Shown: in pieces, positions 36,228-51,115 of the stretch
Numbering within the stretch: the stretch's first letter is position 1
How the letters are laid out: each line of letters opens with the position of its first letter
Assembly: GCA_951406725.2 (NCBI GenBank)
Contig: OX597816.1
Location: 310,001 to 374,000 of the forward strand
DNA from: Octopus vulgaris
Taxonomy: Eukaryota
Reading direction: 5' to 3'
Length of the DNA stretch: 64,000 nucleotides
Program-made: the position numbers and the translations under genes
The notes under the pieces: generated by a model
Told to the model about the DNA's origin: nothing
What the model saw: the letters and a program-made list of their open reading frames with translations, nothing else
Database searches by the model: none

Positions 36228-38003
36228 CTAGAAGATAAAATTTTTAAAATATGTAATGAGCAAAGACGCAAGCATTTATATTAATAGTCAATACTATTTT
36301 TACATGTATGTCTTTTCATTAGAATAGAAAAATCAAGTCTGTGAAGGCATACGAACAGCCATGACTGGAAAATATGTTAGTGTAATATACACAAAAGGCA
36401 TTATGCGATTTTTCATTGATGTAAACATAAAACCTAACTTCCAGATTTATGGAAAAGGTGAAATGTGTGACATGAAGCCTTTCTCAAAATTATTAACGAT
36501 GTAAGTTACACAAAATAAGTGAACTTTGAAGCAGTTGCCATTCTAAAGTATATTGCCAAGAGAGAACTTTCATTCCCATTTGACAGGAAAACATCCACAG
36601 TTGTTTAATCACTAATCAATTTACATTTATTTATAATCATACCTTTACTATTTTGCTGTTCTTCACCCGTTCCTTTTCTGCACTGTCAGTCAATTCCTAC
36701 TCTCCCCAAACTCCCCATCAACTTATAAGTATCATTGATAACCTTCACTACACCCACTACACCCACTACACCCTTGATCCTACCAAATTTTTACAGCTGT
36801 CACCTACTCTTCCCCACTTATCATCCCTCAACACTAGGTCTTAATTATATTTATCCTTTATGTGCAAAAGGTTAAGTACTGAATCCACTCACAAGACATT
36901 GGATGGTCCTAGGACTATAGGAGACACTTGCCCAAAGTGTCACACAATAGAACTGAACCCAAAACAATATGGTTGCAAATCAAGCCCCTTAACCACACAG
37001 CCATGTTGTATCATCCTAGAAATCTAAGTAGATAATGAGGAACTCCAAAAAATCTCAAATTCAGATCCTTCTAGTTACACAACATCTTCCTTTATACCAC
37101 TTGTTTTTGTTTTCTCTTATGATTTACCCAGTTACAGAAAAATATCTCATTTCACTTACATGTAAAACTACTCCAACACTAAATATACACATCTAAGTTT
37201 GCAGATTTACCATCATCAGTTAACATCTATTTTCCATGCTTGCACAACTGAATTACATAAATGATAGCATGGAGAACATAGACACGTAACATGGCTGTAA
37301 AATGGCACATTCGACATTCGTGTTCAGCAAACGGTGAGGCATTGGAGACTCAGCTTTGTTGTTGAAATGATTACTTCTCATTACTTTATATATTTATAGA
37401 TTGTGATTTAGCTTACCTACAAAAAAAAGTTCCAACCAGTTATTCTTCACCTTATTATTTATCTTAATTTCTAAGAAATCATTATCATCATGATTCCAAC
37501 ACCCATTTCCCCACGCTTGCATGCGTAAGATGGAATTTATTGAGGCAAATGGCTGGATGTCCTTCCTGTCACCAACTCTCACCTGCTTTCAAGCAAGGTC
37601 ATATTTCTCCATTGCCAGAGATGTTTTCACAGAAAACTGGAAATTATTGACACTGCTTTTATGACAATGACACTCGTTTACAACTAATAAGTAATGTCAA
37701 GACGAGGTGGCACACACACACGCACACATTTATAAACACACACATACATACACACACACATATACATACACAATGGGCTTTTTTTTCAGCTTCTGTGTAG
37801 CAAATCCATTCACAAGGCTTTGGTCTATAGTAGCTCTAGAAGATACTGTCTCCAGGTATCACACAGTGGGGCTAAATCTGAAACAATGTGGTTGGGAAGC
37901 AAACTTCTTAACCATACAACAATATAATAAATGATAACCTTATTTTAAAGAAATGGAAACCTTTAAATCAGTTTGTGTCATATCTATTAAAACTACTTCT
38001 TAC

Positions 38004-38097
38004 CTGGGCAAGCAGGGCAACACTGTCCAGCCACTCTTATTGGGTTATCACAGTCCGGCTGGGCACATGACATCCTGTGGCAACTAACATTGCCATC
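38004..38097 (-). CDS. KCP: KCP-like exon F (DGNVSCHRMSC...GQCCPACP)
   Basis: tgcag acceptor, CAG|GTAAGA donor, 94 nt, phase 0-1; not in ORF track, read manually. Confidence 0.9.
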
Positions 38098-38937
38098 CTG
38101 CAATGCAACTAATAAGTTTGTTAGTAAAATGTTTAGAATAGTTGTCTACACATTTGCTTCTAACTAATTGAGTTAGCTTGTGTAGCAGATCATTTCGCTC
38201 GTACACACACCCTCTCTCTCTCTCTCACACACACACAAACCAGGCTTCTAGCTGCCAAAATAAATAATGTTATGTAATAACATTGAGAGGTCACAGCTTT
38301 GGTACCATGGACAGAATGTTGAAGGGAAAAAGTCATGAGATGGATTCTTCAAGCTGACCCAACTGGCAGGAGATGTAGGGTTAGACTAAGAATGAGATGA
38401 TTGGATTGGGTGATATCCATAGCCTCCATTGGTCATGCCTAGTAATCCAGCCACAAAATGGTTGCTTCTAATAGGACCGTATGGAGGAGGGGCCAAGACA
38501 ATCTTCCCATGGACAGTGGGTGAAGAAAATGGATGGATATGTATCCAAATTAAGACAAGCCAAGAAGAGGATTGGACATAATTCTCTCTACTTGTGAACG
38601 AAAAGGATCAAATGACAAAGACATTTAACATAATCTCAACAGATAGAAACAGTCATAAGGGGGGGGTGGGGACAGGTACGATTCTTTTTTTTTATTCCTT
38701 TTACTTGTTTCAGTCATTTGACTGCAGCCCATGCTGGAGCATCACCTTTAGTCGAACAAATCAACCCCAGGACTTATTCTTTGTAAGCCTAGTATGTATT
38801 CTATTAGTCTCTTTTACTAAACCACTAAGTTATGGGGACATAAACACACCAACATCGGTTGTGAAATGATGGTGGGGGACAAACAGACATGCAAATACAT
38901 ACATATACACACACACATACATACACACACACACACT

Positions 38938-39005
<68 letters not shown>

Positions 39006-39949
39006 ACAGGCTCAAAGTGAAGTAAAATATGAGAAGAGATAAAAATAATTGCATCAAGAAATGATGTCAGATCATTCATAAATAGAACTGATAACATAGC
39101 TTGGTACAATTTGTTGCCCAATCCGGTCATCAACGACCCTCCCCCCCCCACCAGACAAACATGGTTTGTCTGATGGGGGGGTGGGGAAGGGTTGTTAGAA
39201 ACCAAACAAGACAAAAACAGGATTTGTCAAAAGTTGGATGAACCCTACAGAGGGAAATAGCTAGCTGTACGATTTGGATTTAGAAATTCCAGCATGTTGT
39301 ACGGCTAGTGGGGGGGGGGAAGCATAGTTTGGCTTTTGTATGTCTCCAGGAAAAAGCACTAATGTATCCACAGTTAGACTGGGTGGGCAGTTTGGGCTTG
39401 GCATATTTGAAGATAATGGGAGTAGGAGAACTCAGAGCATAAACCCTCACTGCCTGTCAGTGGCTGTAAAGAAGCAAAGGATAAAAGAGTCAACACCAAC
39501 AGTAAATTAGGTTGCAGATTGTGAAGGAAAAGTGGTAATCATGTCTGAGAATTCTAACTTTGAGCCATTAAAATGAGAATACTCCTTCATCGTAGACAAA
39601 TGTGTGGGGGGAGAGGATTGTTACCATTATGACAAGAATACTTTTTTATCAAATCAAAAATTTACTGCGCAGATACAGAGCTTATATCAATACACCTCTG
39701 AGCCATTTTGATGCCAAACCACCTGAGACTGCCCATGGTTTTATGAGACAAACTTCTTGCTTTTAAAGTGACTTAAATTTAAATTTAAACCAGCCATCAA
39801 AATGTCATGTTAGTTTATTTTCCAAACACTAGTTTCATAAATAACAAAGATATCAAAGAGTTAATTCTTTTGTTCCAAATATCAGCTTCATAAGGACAAA
39901 ACTATTTTACTAAATTCTTTATTATTTTCAAAATTAATTCAAACTAAAT

Positions 39950-40630
39950 TCAACCTCATCCACTTTGTTAAAGAGACTGCATTCCAACAACCATACACTC
40001 TTCCCTCAGGCAAAACCCTTGTGGTATCCAACACTGCTAGAGACCTGGGTGTTACTGCTGACAACAAAATAAGCTGCAGTGCTCACATAAACAGCAAAGG
40101 TGACATAGCTCGCAGGGCGTGCTCCTGGATCCTCAGGACTTTCTGGTCTAGAGACGCCCTTATCATTATTCTACTTTTCTCTACTTTTGCTCACCCTCAC
40201 CGTGAATACTGTTGTCCGCTGTGGTCCTCCCACAAGGTACAAAATATTATGAGAATTGAAGCTCCCCATAGATCAATCACAAAAAACATAGATGACATGA
40301 CAAGCCTTGATTATTGGGATCAACTCAAAAAGCTCAGGCTTTACTCTATCCAGTGCTGCTACTTGTGTTGTATCATCAGTGTGATGTGGAAAATATTCCA
40401 TCAACATTGCCCAAATGATATAGGTATCATCTTTAAAATTCATCCGAGGCTTGGCCCCCATGCCATCCATCCTCCACAGAAATCAGGTTTGTGTTGTATC
40501 ACAACACTACAACAGAACTAGTTCACCTCAACTGGCCCGGCTCTCTTCAACATCGTGCCAGCCTACATAAAGAAGCATTCAAACAGTCCCTCCAATAAAT
40601 ACCAGACAAACTACCCACACCTGGATATAT
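39950..40630 (+). mobile_element. CR1/L2-group LINE 3' fragment
   Basis: ORF 40021..40521 (RDLGV, PH.EYCCPLWS); homologous to 30110-30750. Confidence 0.8.
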
Positions 40631-40972
40631 TTATATAAATTTGTTGCTCTATACAACAACTGCACTGGTTATGTCACATGATGGAGGTGGATGCCATGTA
40701 AAAACACCCATGTGGTAACACGTAAAAACACCCATGTAGTAACAGACAAAAGCATCCATGTGGTGCCATGTAAAAGTGTCCATGCGGCACCATGTAAAAG
40801 CATCCAGCACACTTTGTAAAGTGGTTGGCATTAGGAAGGGCATCCAGCCATAGAAACCATGCCAAATCAGACTGGAATCTGGTGCAGCCCCTTGGCTTGC
40901 CAGCTCTGGTTACACCAGCCAACCCATGCCAGCATGGACAACGGACGTTAAATGATGATGATGATGATGATG

Positions 40973-41020
<48 letters not shown>

Positions 41021-42371
41021 GATATAATTATACTATTCTGATCAATCATGTCTGATGATTATTAGATCAGGCTTTCCACTTGCACAAGTCAGATCGTACA
41101 TAAATCCATCTAGTAATTTAACTTGCCAGAAACATGGCCCAAATTTATATTCCCAATTGTAGACATGGTGTTTGAATCCTGCAGGGGATATTACAACCTT
41201 CTGCTATCGTTTCCTTCTATATTGAATATATTTTTGTTGGTGTGTATACTGATGTACACCAACAGATTAAGTACCTTCCCCACTTTATGCTTAAGGGGTA
41301 AAACTTATTTAGGAAGGATCAATAGAATAATAAGTATCAGAGTGAAATAAGTATTAAGGGGTTGGGTGATCAACTAAAACCTTTAAAGGTGGTGCCTTAG
41401 CATTGACACAGTCCAATGTCTGAGACCAATGAAAAAAGAAAAGAACATCGGAATTTCTAAAACTAAAGTAAAATGTGTACAAAAGAAAGATAAGTGCAGA
41501 AACATAAGGAACAGAAAGTTCGTTGAAGCTAACTTAATTGCAAAACTTTACGCAAGGCTTAACGTTTGAAATGAAGTTCTGGAGAGAATACAGAAATGCA
41601 ATTAACTCTGATGATTCCAATTTAGAACAGTTGGAGGTTAGCTTATGATCCCCATCAATAGAGAAGAAACATTTCTCTTATATAAAAAGAGTATTGTAAT
41701 TTGCTTGAAGCATTGCAATGTGTAAGTAGTATATTTTAAAGAAGACCTTTAAGTAATGCAGATTTAGAAGTTAGGCAAAATATGTCAATAAATAAAAACA
41801 AAGAGATGATATTGTATTAATGTACATAGATTGTTTAATGCTTCTATAATATTTTGGGAAGCATTACCCTTATCAAATATAAGAAAAAGATAATCCAAGA
41901 GTTTGGAGAAAAGTGTTGTTAATGGCAGGTCATTCTGAGTGAATATATGAGAAACGAAAAGAATAATAGATTCTTTGTTTTTTCATGTGTGTAACTCTGC
42001 AACAAGTCAATGAGATGCAGGACTATAAGTCAATGAATGAGAGTTCACATCCAGACAGCTCCTAATGACCTTCGTTACAGATAATAATTGTTTGCTGTTA
42101 TAATCAACAAGAAAGATTTTGGAGAAGGGAACAGGTAAGCACTCCAGTGTAACCCTTTTTAAATCACTATAATTTATTATTGGAATTCCAGTGGAATAAA
42201 GGATATTAATTATATTTAAAATAAATGAAAAACATGATTTGTATATTCTTTTTTTCAGGATTCATAAATGTTTGAAATGAAAGTAATTTATTTCAAAAGA
42301 AATATAGTAACAAATTGGTTAAATAAGAAAAAATAAAACAAAACAATATTGAAAGGTTAAAATGTACCAAC

Positions 42372-42545
42372 CTCACATAAACACTCTCCACACATATCTT
42401 GAGGATCAGTAAAATTACTAAGATTCAGCCATTCCTGACCTCCATACATGCAGTTAAAGCACTCCGGACAACAGTCACGGATCACAGGATTGGTGCAAGT
42501 GCTCAGTTGAGGGCAGGATTTTGAGTGGCATTCAAAAGAACCATT
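42372..42545 (-). CDS. KCP: KCP-like exon E (NGSFECHSK...CGECLCE)
   Basis: aacag acceptor, GAG|GTTGGT donor, 174 nt, phase 0-0. Confidence 0.9.
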
Positions 42546-44820
42546 CTGTTTAGAAACACATGTTGGCATAGTGCAGTGCAAAAGATTGAGAGAAAAAAAC
42601 ACAAAACATGGCAACAGACATCTTGGAATAGAGAAAAGGGGAAAAAAACAAAGAACATTGTTGTGGCATAAAAACATAGAAACTCAGAGAGAAGAAGAAG
42701 AAGGAATATGTATTGCTGCAAATGTCATTGTGATAACTGCATACGGAAATGTGCATGACAAAATGAACAACATTAATTAGTTTTTGCAGAGACACAAAAC
42801 CCTTTGTGTGCAATTCATGCCTATGTTTTAAATGGATCAGGAATGTATGTGTAGCAACATTTGTTGAGTGAAGTGTGTAATGACATGATGTGTGCTGTAA
42901 CATGTGTCATGTGGTGAATGGTAGTGACATGTGTTGTAATATGTGCGTGTGTGTGTGTGTGTGTGTGGAGTGAAGTATTTGTAATAGCATAATGAGGAGT
43001 GGTGTGAGTGTGTGGAGACATATGTGCAGCAAAAGGACAAAGCAGAAGAGAGGGAAGAAAGGAAGAAGATGAGCAACATATTTATGTTATGGATGTATGG
43101 TGACAAATTTTGACAGAAGCACAGTTCAAACTAAAAATTGTTTTTATATAAATTTAAAATGATAAATATCACCCAAGTAACTTTTCCTAATTCTTTATTT
43201 CTCTATCATAAATATGTGTAAAGCATATTATATGGGTTAAAGTTTTGGTTTTAGATTTTTTGGTAGCAGAAAGTAATTCTTCCAAGTCAACCATTCTAGT
43301 TCAATTCCATATAGATGTACACTGTCAGGTAACAAACATTAATTAAAAAAACAAAACTATCACAGCTGGCCGTGTTGATAAGGTAGTAAAATACAAAGAA
43401 AAAGTTCATTTTCCACCTTTGTACATGGTCAGGACATAGGTTTAGTTCATCTGGCACAGTAGGTAGGGTTCACCACTGCCAGGAGCAAAATGCTTTTGTT
43501 AGCTCACAATGATGAGTTCAGGTCCTATTATGAGACCTGAAGATACCATCAAGGAACTGCACCAGTGATCAGCCTTAGACTCAAGTCTAGATTTTTTGTA
43601 TATTAAATCTGGGTTTTGGTTCTTATTCTGATTGTCACTTGAATCTGATAGGTGGCCAGCAAAAATTTATTTTACATTAAAACTCATTTGTGCAGGCACC
43701 CAGCACCAGATTCATATTGAGATCTACAGCAAAGATCTGTGTACGACAGTAACAAAACTGAAACCCCAAGCATTGGTTCACTGACAAAACTCTTTAGCAT
43801 TTCGAAGATAATGTCTGAGCTTCAAGTGTAAGGAGAAATAGCAATATAAACAATTTTCAATGCAAGCATTTAAAGGAAACTCTAAAATATTTAGGAATTG
43901 TACTTCTACAGCAGTGATTTGAGCTGAGACCATATGTTGAAACTAAACCAATTACATCATGAAACACACAAATTAGTTATTCATAAATATATAAAAACCT
44001 GTTGACTTCATTTAATCATTCAGTGATTAGGTTGCAGATTGTATGACAAAAAGATGTGACACTAAATAATAAATGATGAAGTGAAGTTAACAGTTTTTGT
44101 GTGGTTTTGAATGGCTGACATATTTAAATAAACCCATAAATTGAACATGTTTAAATAAACCCAAAACCCAAACAGCAGCATTGGGTCTAAATGTAAATAG
44201 AATTGAAATCAATCAATTAAAAGTTACACTGCTAATAATAATTAATAAAATTATCAATCCAAATACACCATTTCTTATCCAAAATTCTGAATTTTTTTCA
44301 CAGTGGTCATCTGCACACCAAAGCTCACGTTTGGCACCAACTTTACTGAATGTTTTACTGAGAAATAAAAGTACACTAATAATTTTATGGTCAGTTTTTA
44401 TCCCACATCATTTACCAGTTTATTTCAATACAAATAAACAATGATGTATCATTTAAAGTCTTTATTTATTCTCACTCAGTGTGAATATTCATAATGCAAA
44501 TAAACAATATCACGTGATACTTTCACTGAGCTTTGTTTATGTACCTTTGCTAGGCAGGCCATATGTACATGTCCTTAGTCTTTTGTGCAGTTTTACATTA
44601 TCCTAAACAAACCAGTGATATTTTCCTCATAATTACAGTAAGTTGGTAAAAACCATTTAATTGCCCTACTAGGCTCTGCCTATCAATGGTATTCTTATGG
44701 GCACAAAACTTAAAGTTCAACCTACGATCAAGACACATACAAATCAGAGTTTTGTTTTAAAAGTTAGAATGTTGACCTAGGCTATTTCCTGGGAACCATG
44801 ACTAATAATCAAGGATATAC

Positions 44821-45001
44821 TAGGGTCATCTTAAGGGATGGGCAATTGCCCAAGGGCTCGACAGGTCTATGGGCCCAATTCTGACCTGTGTATGTTGTGG
44901 TTTGCTGTCAATAAATAAATACTATCGAGAGCAGTGCATTGATTTGCCAAGGGGGCTGCTAAGGCTGCCAAGGGGCCTGCAAGGCTGCTAAGGCTGCCCT
45001 G
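44821..45001. mobile_element. hAT-like MITE with perfect 8-bp TSD
   Basis: GGATATAC at 44813-44820 and 45002-45009; imperfect TIRs TAGGGTCATCTTAA / CAGGGCAGCCTTAG. Confidence 0.75.
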
Positions 45002-45779
45002 GGATATACCTTATGAATATACTGCAATGCTATCTCCAAAATCTGGTAAAGTCAGAATACTGAAACATGTCTGGTGCCAAGTGTTTGGGATAAGAGGTTA
45101 TTTACTTGTAGCTATTCATCAATTCCAAGGTAGAAAAATTTGGAAATATGAAATATTTGGAATTTCTTGAATATCTTAAAGAAGAAAATGGGTGATACAT
45201 ATCAAGTGATTTCTGCATATAACATGCATACTGTATCGAGTGAGTGGTGATAACATGCAGAAAGTGTGAAGATAAAGTAGATTTTATATAATAACAAAGT
45301 GCTCGTGAAGGCTATACCAGACAGAAGGCTATATCAACAATCTTATGAAATACAAGCATTTTTACAACCTTCATAGATCTTAATGAAACTACTTGTGCAA
45401 GGAAGAAAGAAATATCAATTGATTGGTGAGTGTTATATGAAAATTACTGTGACTTAAAAGGTGTGTGTGTGTGTGTGTGTGTGTGTATTTTGCATGTAAA
45501 TATAGAAATTTCTATGTCTATTTTATTCTGCACAATTTTTATTAACTATTTTTGCTGATGTGGAACAGCATTAGTTTCGTAAGATTTTGTTTGTATTTTT
45601 TAAAAAATAAACACAAAACTGTTCAGTGTCTCAGTTGTTTTTACTAAAAGCAGTTGCTGACTACCAGAGAAGTTCACGAAAGACATCATTTTGAACGCCT
45701 TGTAGAGTACCCTCATCTCTGTTAGTTGGACTCATTTTCTCATTTAAACTAATTGATGGGTTTTGTTTAAAGCCTAAGA

Positions 45780-48700
45780 TCATCATCATCGTCCACCTTC
45801 CATGCTGGCATGGGTGGGATGGTTTGACAAGAGCAACCAGGCAGAAGCCTGCACCAGACTTCTGTGACTGTTTTGACAGGATTTTTACAGCTGGATGCCC
45901 TTCCTAACACCAACCACTCAGCAGAATAGACTTAGTGCTTTTTACGTGGCACACACCCAGGCAAGGTCAGTTTTGACAAGGTTTTTACAGCTGGATGCCC
46001 TTCCAAATGCCAACCACTTTACAGTGTGGATTGGGTGCTTTTAAGTGGCACCTGCAAGACAAAAAAAAATCTTTTGAGTGGGGAGGGAGGCACTGGAGGA
46101 AGTGATCTTGTGTCGGATGGTAAAAGGTTATAGTGAGACAGAAACAAGTGTCTTGCTGTAGGGAGGTACAAGGTTACTTGACCAGAGTGAGAGAGAGATC
46201 AAGAATGAAGACAGAAACAGGTGCACTGCCGCAAAGGAAATACATGGTTACCCACTCTGAGGGAAGGAGAGAGAGAATGGGAGATAGCAGGATAGAGATG
46301 GTGGCAAAGTGCTGGGCATGCTCACAAGGAATGGGGATCAGAAGATAAATGGGATGGTTGAGTAAAGGAAGAGAGAGATATAGATGGTGGAAAGTTCCAG
46401 GGCATAACCTTGAGGTTTGAATGCCATAATTTAAGTGGCAGGATATTGCAAAGGAAGTGTGTTTAAAGAGTGCAGAGGGGGTGAGTGGCAAAAGCATTGG
46501 TATATATAGAGTCAGGGATGGGGCTACCGGATAGCAATGATACAAAGGAACAGGGCCATGAGGACAGGATTGGGGAGTGAGAGCTTGACATAGTGTATGA
46601 AGGAGGAAATGTGAAGAAGAGAAACGAGGTGGAGATGTAGACTGGTTCGTTGGGGTAGGGTGAGTGCAAAGTTTTCTTGTTACATGTGGGTGGAACACTC
46701 AGGTCGGGGGATAGCAGATAGCAATAATACAGTGAGATAGGGCATGTGGGTGGAACATGCAGGTTTGGGGCTAGCGGAGAGCAATGATACAGTGGCACAG
46801 GGCCAAGAGGACAGGATTGGGGAGTGGGAGGTAAGCATAGTGCATGAAGCGGAAATGTGAAGAAGAGAAGAGATATAGAGATGTAGTTTGGTTTGTTGTG
46901 GTGGGGTGTGTGAGAAGTTTTCTTGTCAAGTGAGGCTGCGACACACACCGCTTCTAGAACTCACTTTCACTGATGTGGGCAGATCTTCTCAAAAACTTCA
47001 TATCGCCAGACATCTCAGTCCATTGTCTTTTCCTCTGTGAGGCCCAACATCCAGAGACCAGTCCTTACCACTTCGTCCCATGTCTTCCTGGGTCTCCCTC
47101 TTCCACAGGTACCATCCACTTTCACTGATTGGCACTTCTTTATGCAGTTGTCCTCATTCATATGTATCACATGTCCAAACCAATGTAGTCTTCTCTCTTG
47201 CATGTTACATTTGATTCTTCTTATGTACAACTTTTCTCTCAATACAGTTGCACTTTGTTGTGCATGCACACTGATGTTGCACATCCAACGGAGCAAACTA
47301 CCTTCATTTCTTTCCAGTCTATGCATGTCTTCTGCATTCAGAGCCCATGCCTCACTACCATGGAATAAAGCTGTTTGCACACAAGCATCATATAGTCTAC
47401 CTTTCACTCTGAAAGAGAGTCCTTTTGTTGCCAACAGAGGTTAATAGCTCTCTGAACTTCCTCCACCCAATTATTATTCTAGAAACAATACTTTTAGAGC
47501 ATCCTCCACCATTGCTAATTTGGTCACCTAGGTAACAGAAGCTATCTACAACCTCAAGAGAGCCTCCTGGGCATTCGAGAGAATCTAAGTTCCATTTGCT
47601 CTTAGTGCTTATTGTTCCTGCATATCTGCCATGTACAAAGACGACTTTATCTGTTATTCCATTGCACCTCTTCTGTGTCCATAACTTACACTGGGTGCAG
47701 CGAATGGAATTTCTTCCAACTCCTTTCCTATATATTGAGCAAGGCTATTTACCTGATGGAAAGAGAGTTTTATCTTCTTTCTTACTAACAACGACTGTGG
47801 TCTTTGCTAGGTTAACTTGGTTTCCAGACTTGGAATTTCTTCTCCAATTCTGCTTAAGATTCTGCAATAAGAGCAAGGTCATCAGCATATAGCAGTTCCC
47901 ACAGGCATCCAGTTTTGAATTCGTCTGTTATGACCAGGAGGACTATAGTGAATAAGAGTGGGCTGAGAACTGAGCCCTGGTGAACCCCACCTGTATGCTA
48001 AATTCATCACTGTATTCGTGGCCAACTCTCACCTTATTGACAGCACCACTGTACATGGCTTGTACAGCTCTAACAAGCCACTCCTCTGCTCTTAAATTCC
48101 TTAGAGACCACCATATAACAAAGTGGGGGACTTTGTCAAAAGCTTTCTCCAGGTCAACGAAGGCTAAGTACAATGGCTTACTTTTGGCCAAGAACTTTTC
48201 CTGCAGCTGTTTCACTAGGAAGATGGCATCTGTGGTACTCTTCCCAGGTACAGAACCAAACTGCATCTCATCTAGTTTAATTCTACTCCTAATCAATTGA
48301 GCTATAACCCTCTCAGTAACTTTTATGACTTGGTCTAGCAATTTAATGCCTCTGTAGTTGTTTCTATCTAAGGCATCACCTTTCTCCTTGTAACAGCTTC
48401 CTGAATAACCTGATTAGATATATGGGTGGCTAAGCTGTATTCAACACCACCAGAAATTTTAATCATCTTGGCAGTGATCCCTGATGGCCCAGGGGCTTTT
48501 CCTGTTTCATGTCCTTAATTGCCTTATCAATATTTGGTAGACTCTCATTCTCCCATTCATTTTCCACATTTAGTGACACTTCCATACATTTCTTTTCTGA
48601 GTCACTAAGTGCAGGCATACCATTATCCATTTGCACACATTTCTCACCCACCACATCTCTATTCTCTCTTGATACACTACTTTGCAATTCTCAACACCTC

Positions 48701-49085
48701 ATGCCTCTGATCCTCACACTGAAGAACATTTGCAAATCTCTTACCTTCAACTATTCCTTTTTCTATATAAACCTGATGCCTAGCTGCCCTTTTGGCTACA
48801 TTGATATAATCCTCTGCTTCCACCGTTTTTCCAGTCTTGTCTTTTTGCTTTTATAGCACTGTCAAATTCCTTGCTCCACCACCGCATCATCCTTGGTCTA
48901 GCTGGGACTCTGCACCAACCACAGATTTCATCTCTAGCCTTCAGTAGATTGTCCCATAAGAACTTCCAATTGTCCTCTAAGCTATTTGTCCCCAACTCTT
49001 CCTCTCTTTTGTCAGAAGCTTCCATTAATAAATCTCTAAATTCTTGTCTGTTTGCTGAGTCTTTAAGCTTGCATAGTTTTTTTTC
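45780..49085 (-). mobile_element. RTE-type LINE, degenerate ORF plus long 3' UTR with an internal ~250-bp duplication
   Basis: ORFs 47943..48341 (QFGSVPGKSTTDAIF, FVDLEKAFD) and 47015..47434; (GAT)n tail at 45780. Confidence 0.88.
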
Positions 49086-49231
49086 TTCCAGGAGTCACAA
49101 ACCAAACATTTTAAACATACAGCTACATTATAACTGAAGTTGTAATACTTCATTGTTTTAACCTTAAGTAAACATTTCGGAAGCTTCTTCTGAGTTATAA
49201 TTTATATATGCTATACAGCTGGATGTTTTAT

Positions 49232-50110
49232 TCAAAGTGAAAGGTAGATTGTACGATGCATGTGTGCGAACTGCCATGCTTCACGGCAGTGAAACATGGG
49301 CCGTGACTGCAGAGGACATGCGTAGGCTCGAAAGAAATGAAGCTAGCAGGATCTGCTGGATGTGCAATGTCAGTGTGCACACACGACAAGGAGTAAGAAC
49401 CCTGAGAGAAATGTTAGACATAAGAAATATAGGATGTGGCATGCAAGAAAAACGTCTGTGTTGGTATAGTCATTTACTGCGGATGAACAAGGAGTACTGT
49501 GTGAAGAAGTGCCACTCGCAAACAGTGGATGGAATCCAGGGTAGAGGGACAGAGGCAATGACAAAAGAGCGAGACCTCTGGAGATATGCTGTGACTGAGA
49601 AGACCCAGTAAATAAAGTGAGTCCACAGCTGTAACCTACACCAGTGTTGCATAACCAACCCACTCAAAGGTACCTTGGATTGTAGAGTGACATGTCGTGC
49701 TTGAGGAGAACTATTGAGTCAAGTACATCAACGTCAACAGCAATATCAAAATCAAATCAAATGGAAATTGTAGTTGTGACCCCTATGCCAGAAGCACATA
49801 AAAAGCACCATCCGAACATGGCTGATGCCAGTGCCGCTTTGACTGGCTTCCATGCCGGTGGCACGTAAAAACCACCATCCGATCGTAGTTGATGACAGCC
49901 ACCTGTGGGCCCTGTGCCGAGGGCACGTAAAAAGCACCCACTACACTCTCAGAGTGGTTGGCATTAGGAAGGGCATCTAGCTGTAGAAACACTGGCAGAC
50001 CAGATTGGTGCCTGGTGCAGCCTCCTGGATTCCCAGACCCCATTCAAACCGGCCAACCCATGCCAGCATGGAAAACGGATATTAAACGATGATGATGATG
50101 ATGATGATGA
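49232..50110 (+). mobile_element. RTE-type LINE 3' end (ORF C-terminus, 3' UTR, (GAT)n)
   Basis: ORF 49237..49611 continues into the ubiquitous tail repeat, showing that repeat is the LINE 3' UTR. Confidence 0.9.
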
Positions 50111-50707
50111 TAGGTAGTCTACCAAAATATACCCATAACTAACAACAGAGAAGCTGATGAGGCCAAGCTAGGTTGAACTTTCAATGTCTTTCAATTATTG
50201 GATTATTATGATATTTCTAAAGGTTATCAGCTCAAAACTCCTTCAGAGGAAGACTAACAACAGTAACCATAAACTGGTAGCAAAATTCAATAATCTTCTG
50301 TTGAAAAAATGTAAAATTGTTACTGACAATCTTGGTTGGCTTTAATGGAAGAGCCATATTTAGATTTGTGTCAAACTAGCTGTAATGTCTACTGAATCTG
50401 TGATAAAATGGAAGTAAAAGAGAAAAACATGAAACTAAAATGTTTGTTTGGACAGCATTTTGTTCGATTAACTTGAGACTTAAAAAGAATTGAGAAGAAA
50501 ATTGTAAAGAAAAGACAAGAATAATGGTGAAAGAAAATAAATGGAAACATTGATGGTTCTGCTGTTCTAGAAGAGAACTCTTGGACTCAAAGCTCAAATC
50601 TCACAGAAATTCAAACAGATTCAAATTTTAGAAATGACAAACCAAGGCCACTGCAAGAAAGCAGAGAAAATTGTAATGAAACGGCTTCAACATAAAAGCT
50701 GTCCTAC

Positions 50708-51115
50708 CTGACATTTGCAAACACGACACGGATTATCCTCTCCAATTTGTTGTTGTTTCCCATTTGGTATTATCTCACCATTTACAAAGCAGTCATCACA
50801 CACAGAACAACATTTCTGTTTGACTGGATGTGAACATCTTGTTACAGGGCAGTCTTTTGCAACGCAATACAAATCACCATTATGGCATTCACAGATTTTG
50901 CATTGTAATTCGTCCAAAACTTGACCACCATTGCTGACCACATATGTTGCATTCCATTTACAGTCAGAGCATTCCTGGCAGCAGTTTCGAGACACAGGAT
51001 GAGAGCAAGTCACTTCTTTGCAACCCTTTCTGGTACAATGGAGATCGCCTGATTGGCAGGTACACACCTGGCATTCATCTTGTTCGTGCGGAATAGTCCT
51101 TCCACTTTTAATGAC
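50708..51115 (-). CDS. KCP: KCP-like exon D (VIKSGRTIP...CRVCKCQ)
   Basis: ttcag acceptor, CAG|GTAGGA donor, 408 nt, phase 0-0. Confidence 0.92.

Noticed and set aside
41604-41650. CUGAUGA followed by a good hairpin
   Set aside because: GUUA replaces GAAA and no stem I can be formed
45040-45076. GAAACAUGUC palindrome resembling hammerhead stem III
   Set aside because: Upstream CUGGUAA has two core mismatches and stem I is unconvincing
50150-50192. Hammerhead-like GAAG CUGAUGA GGCC aagcua GGUU GAA CUUUCAAUG UC UUUC (+)
   Set aside because: A15.1 is missing and both stems rely on G.U pairs; possibly a relic but not supportable
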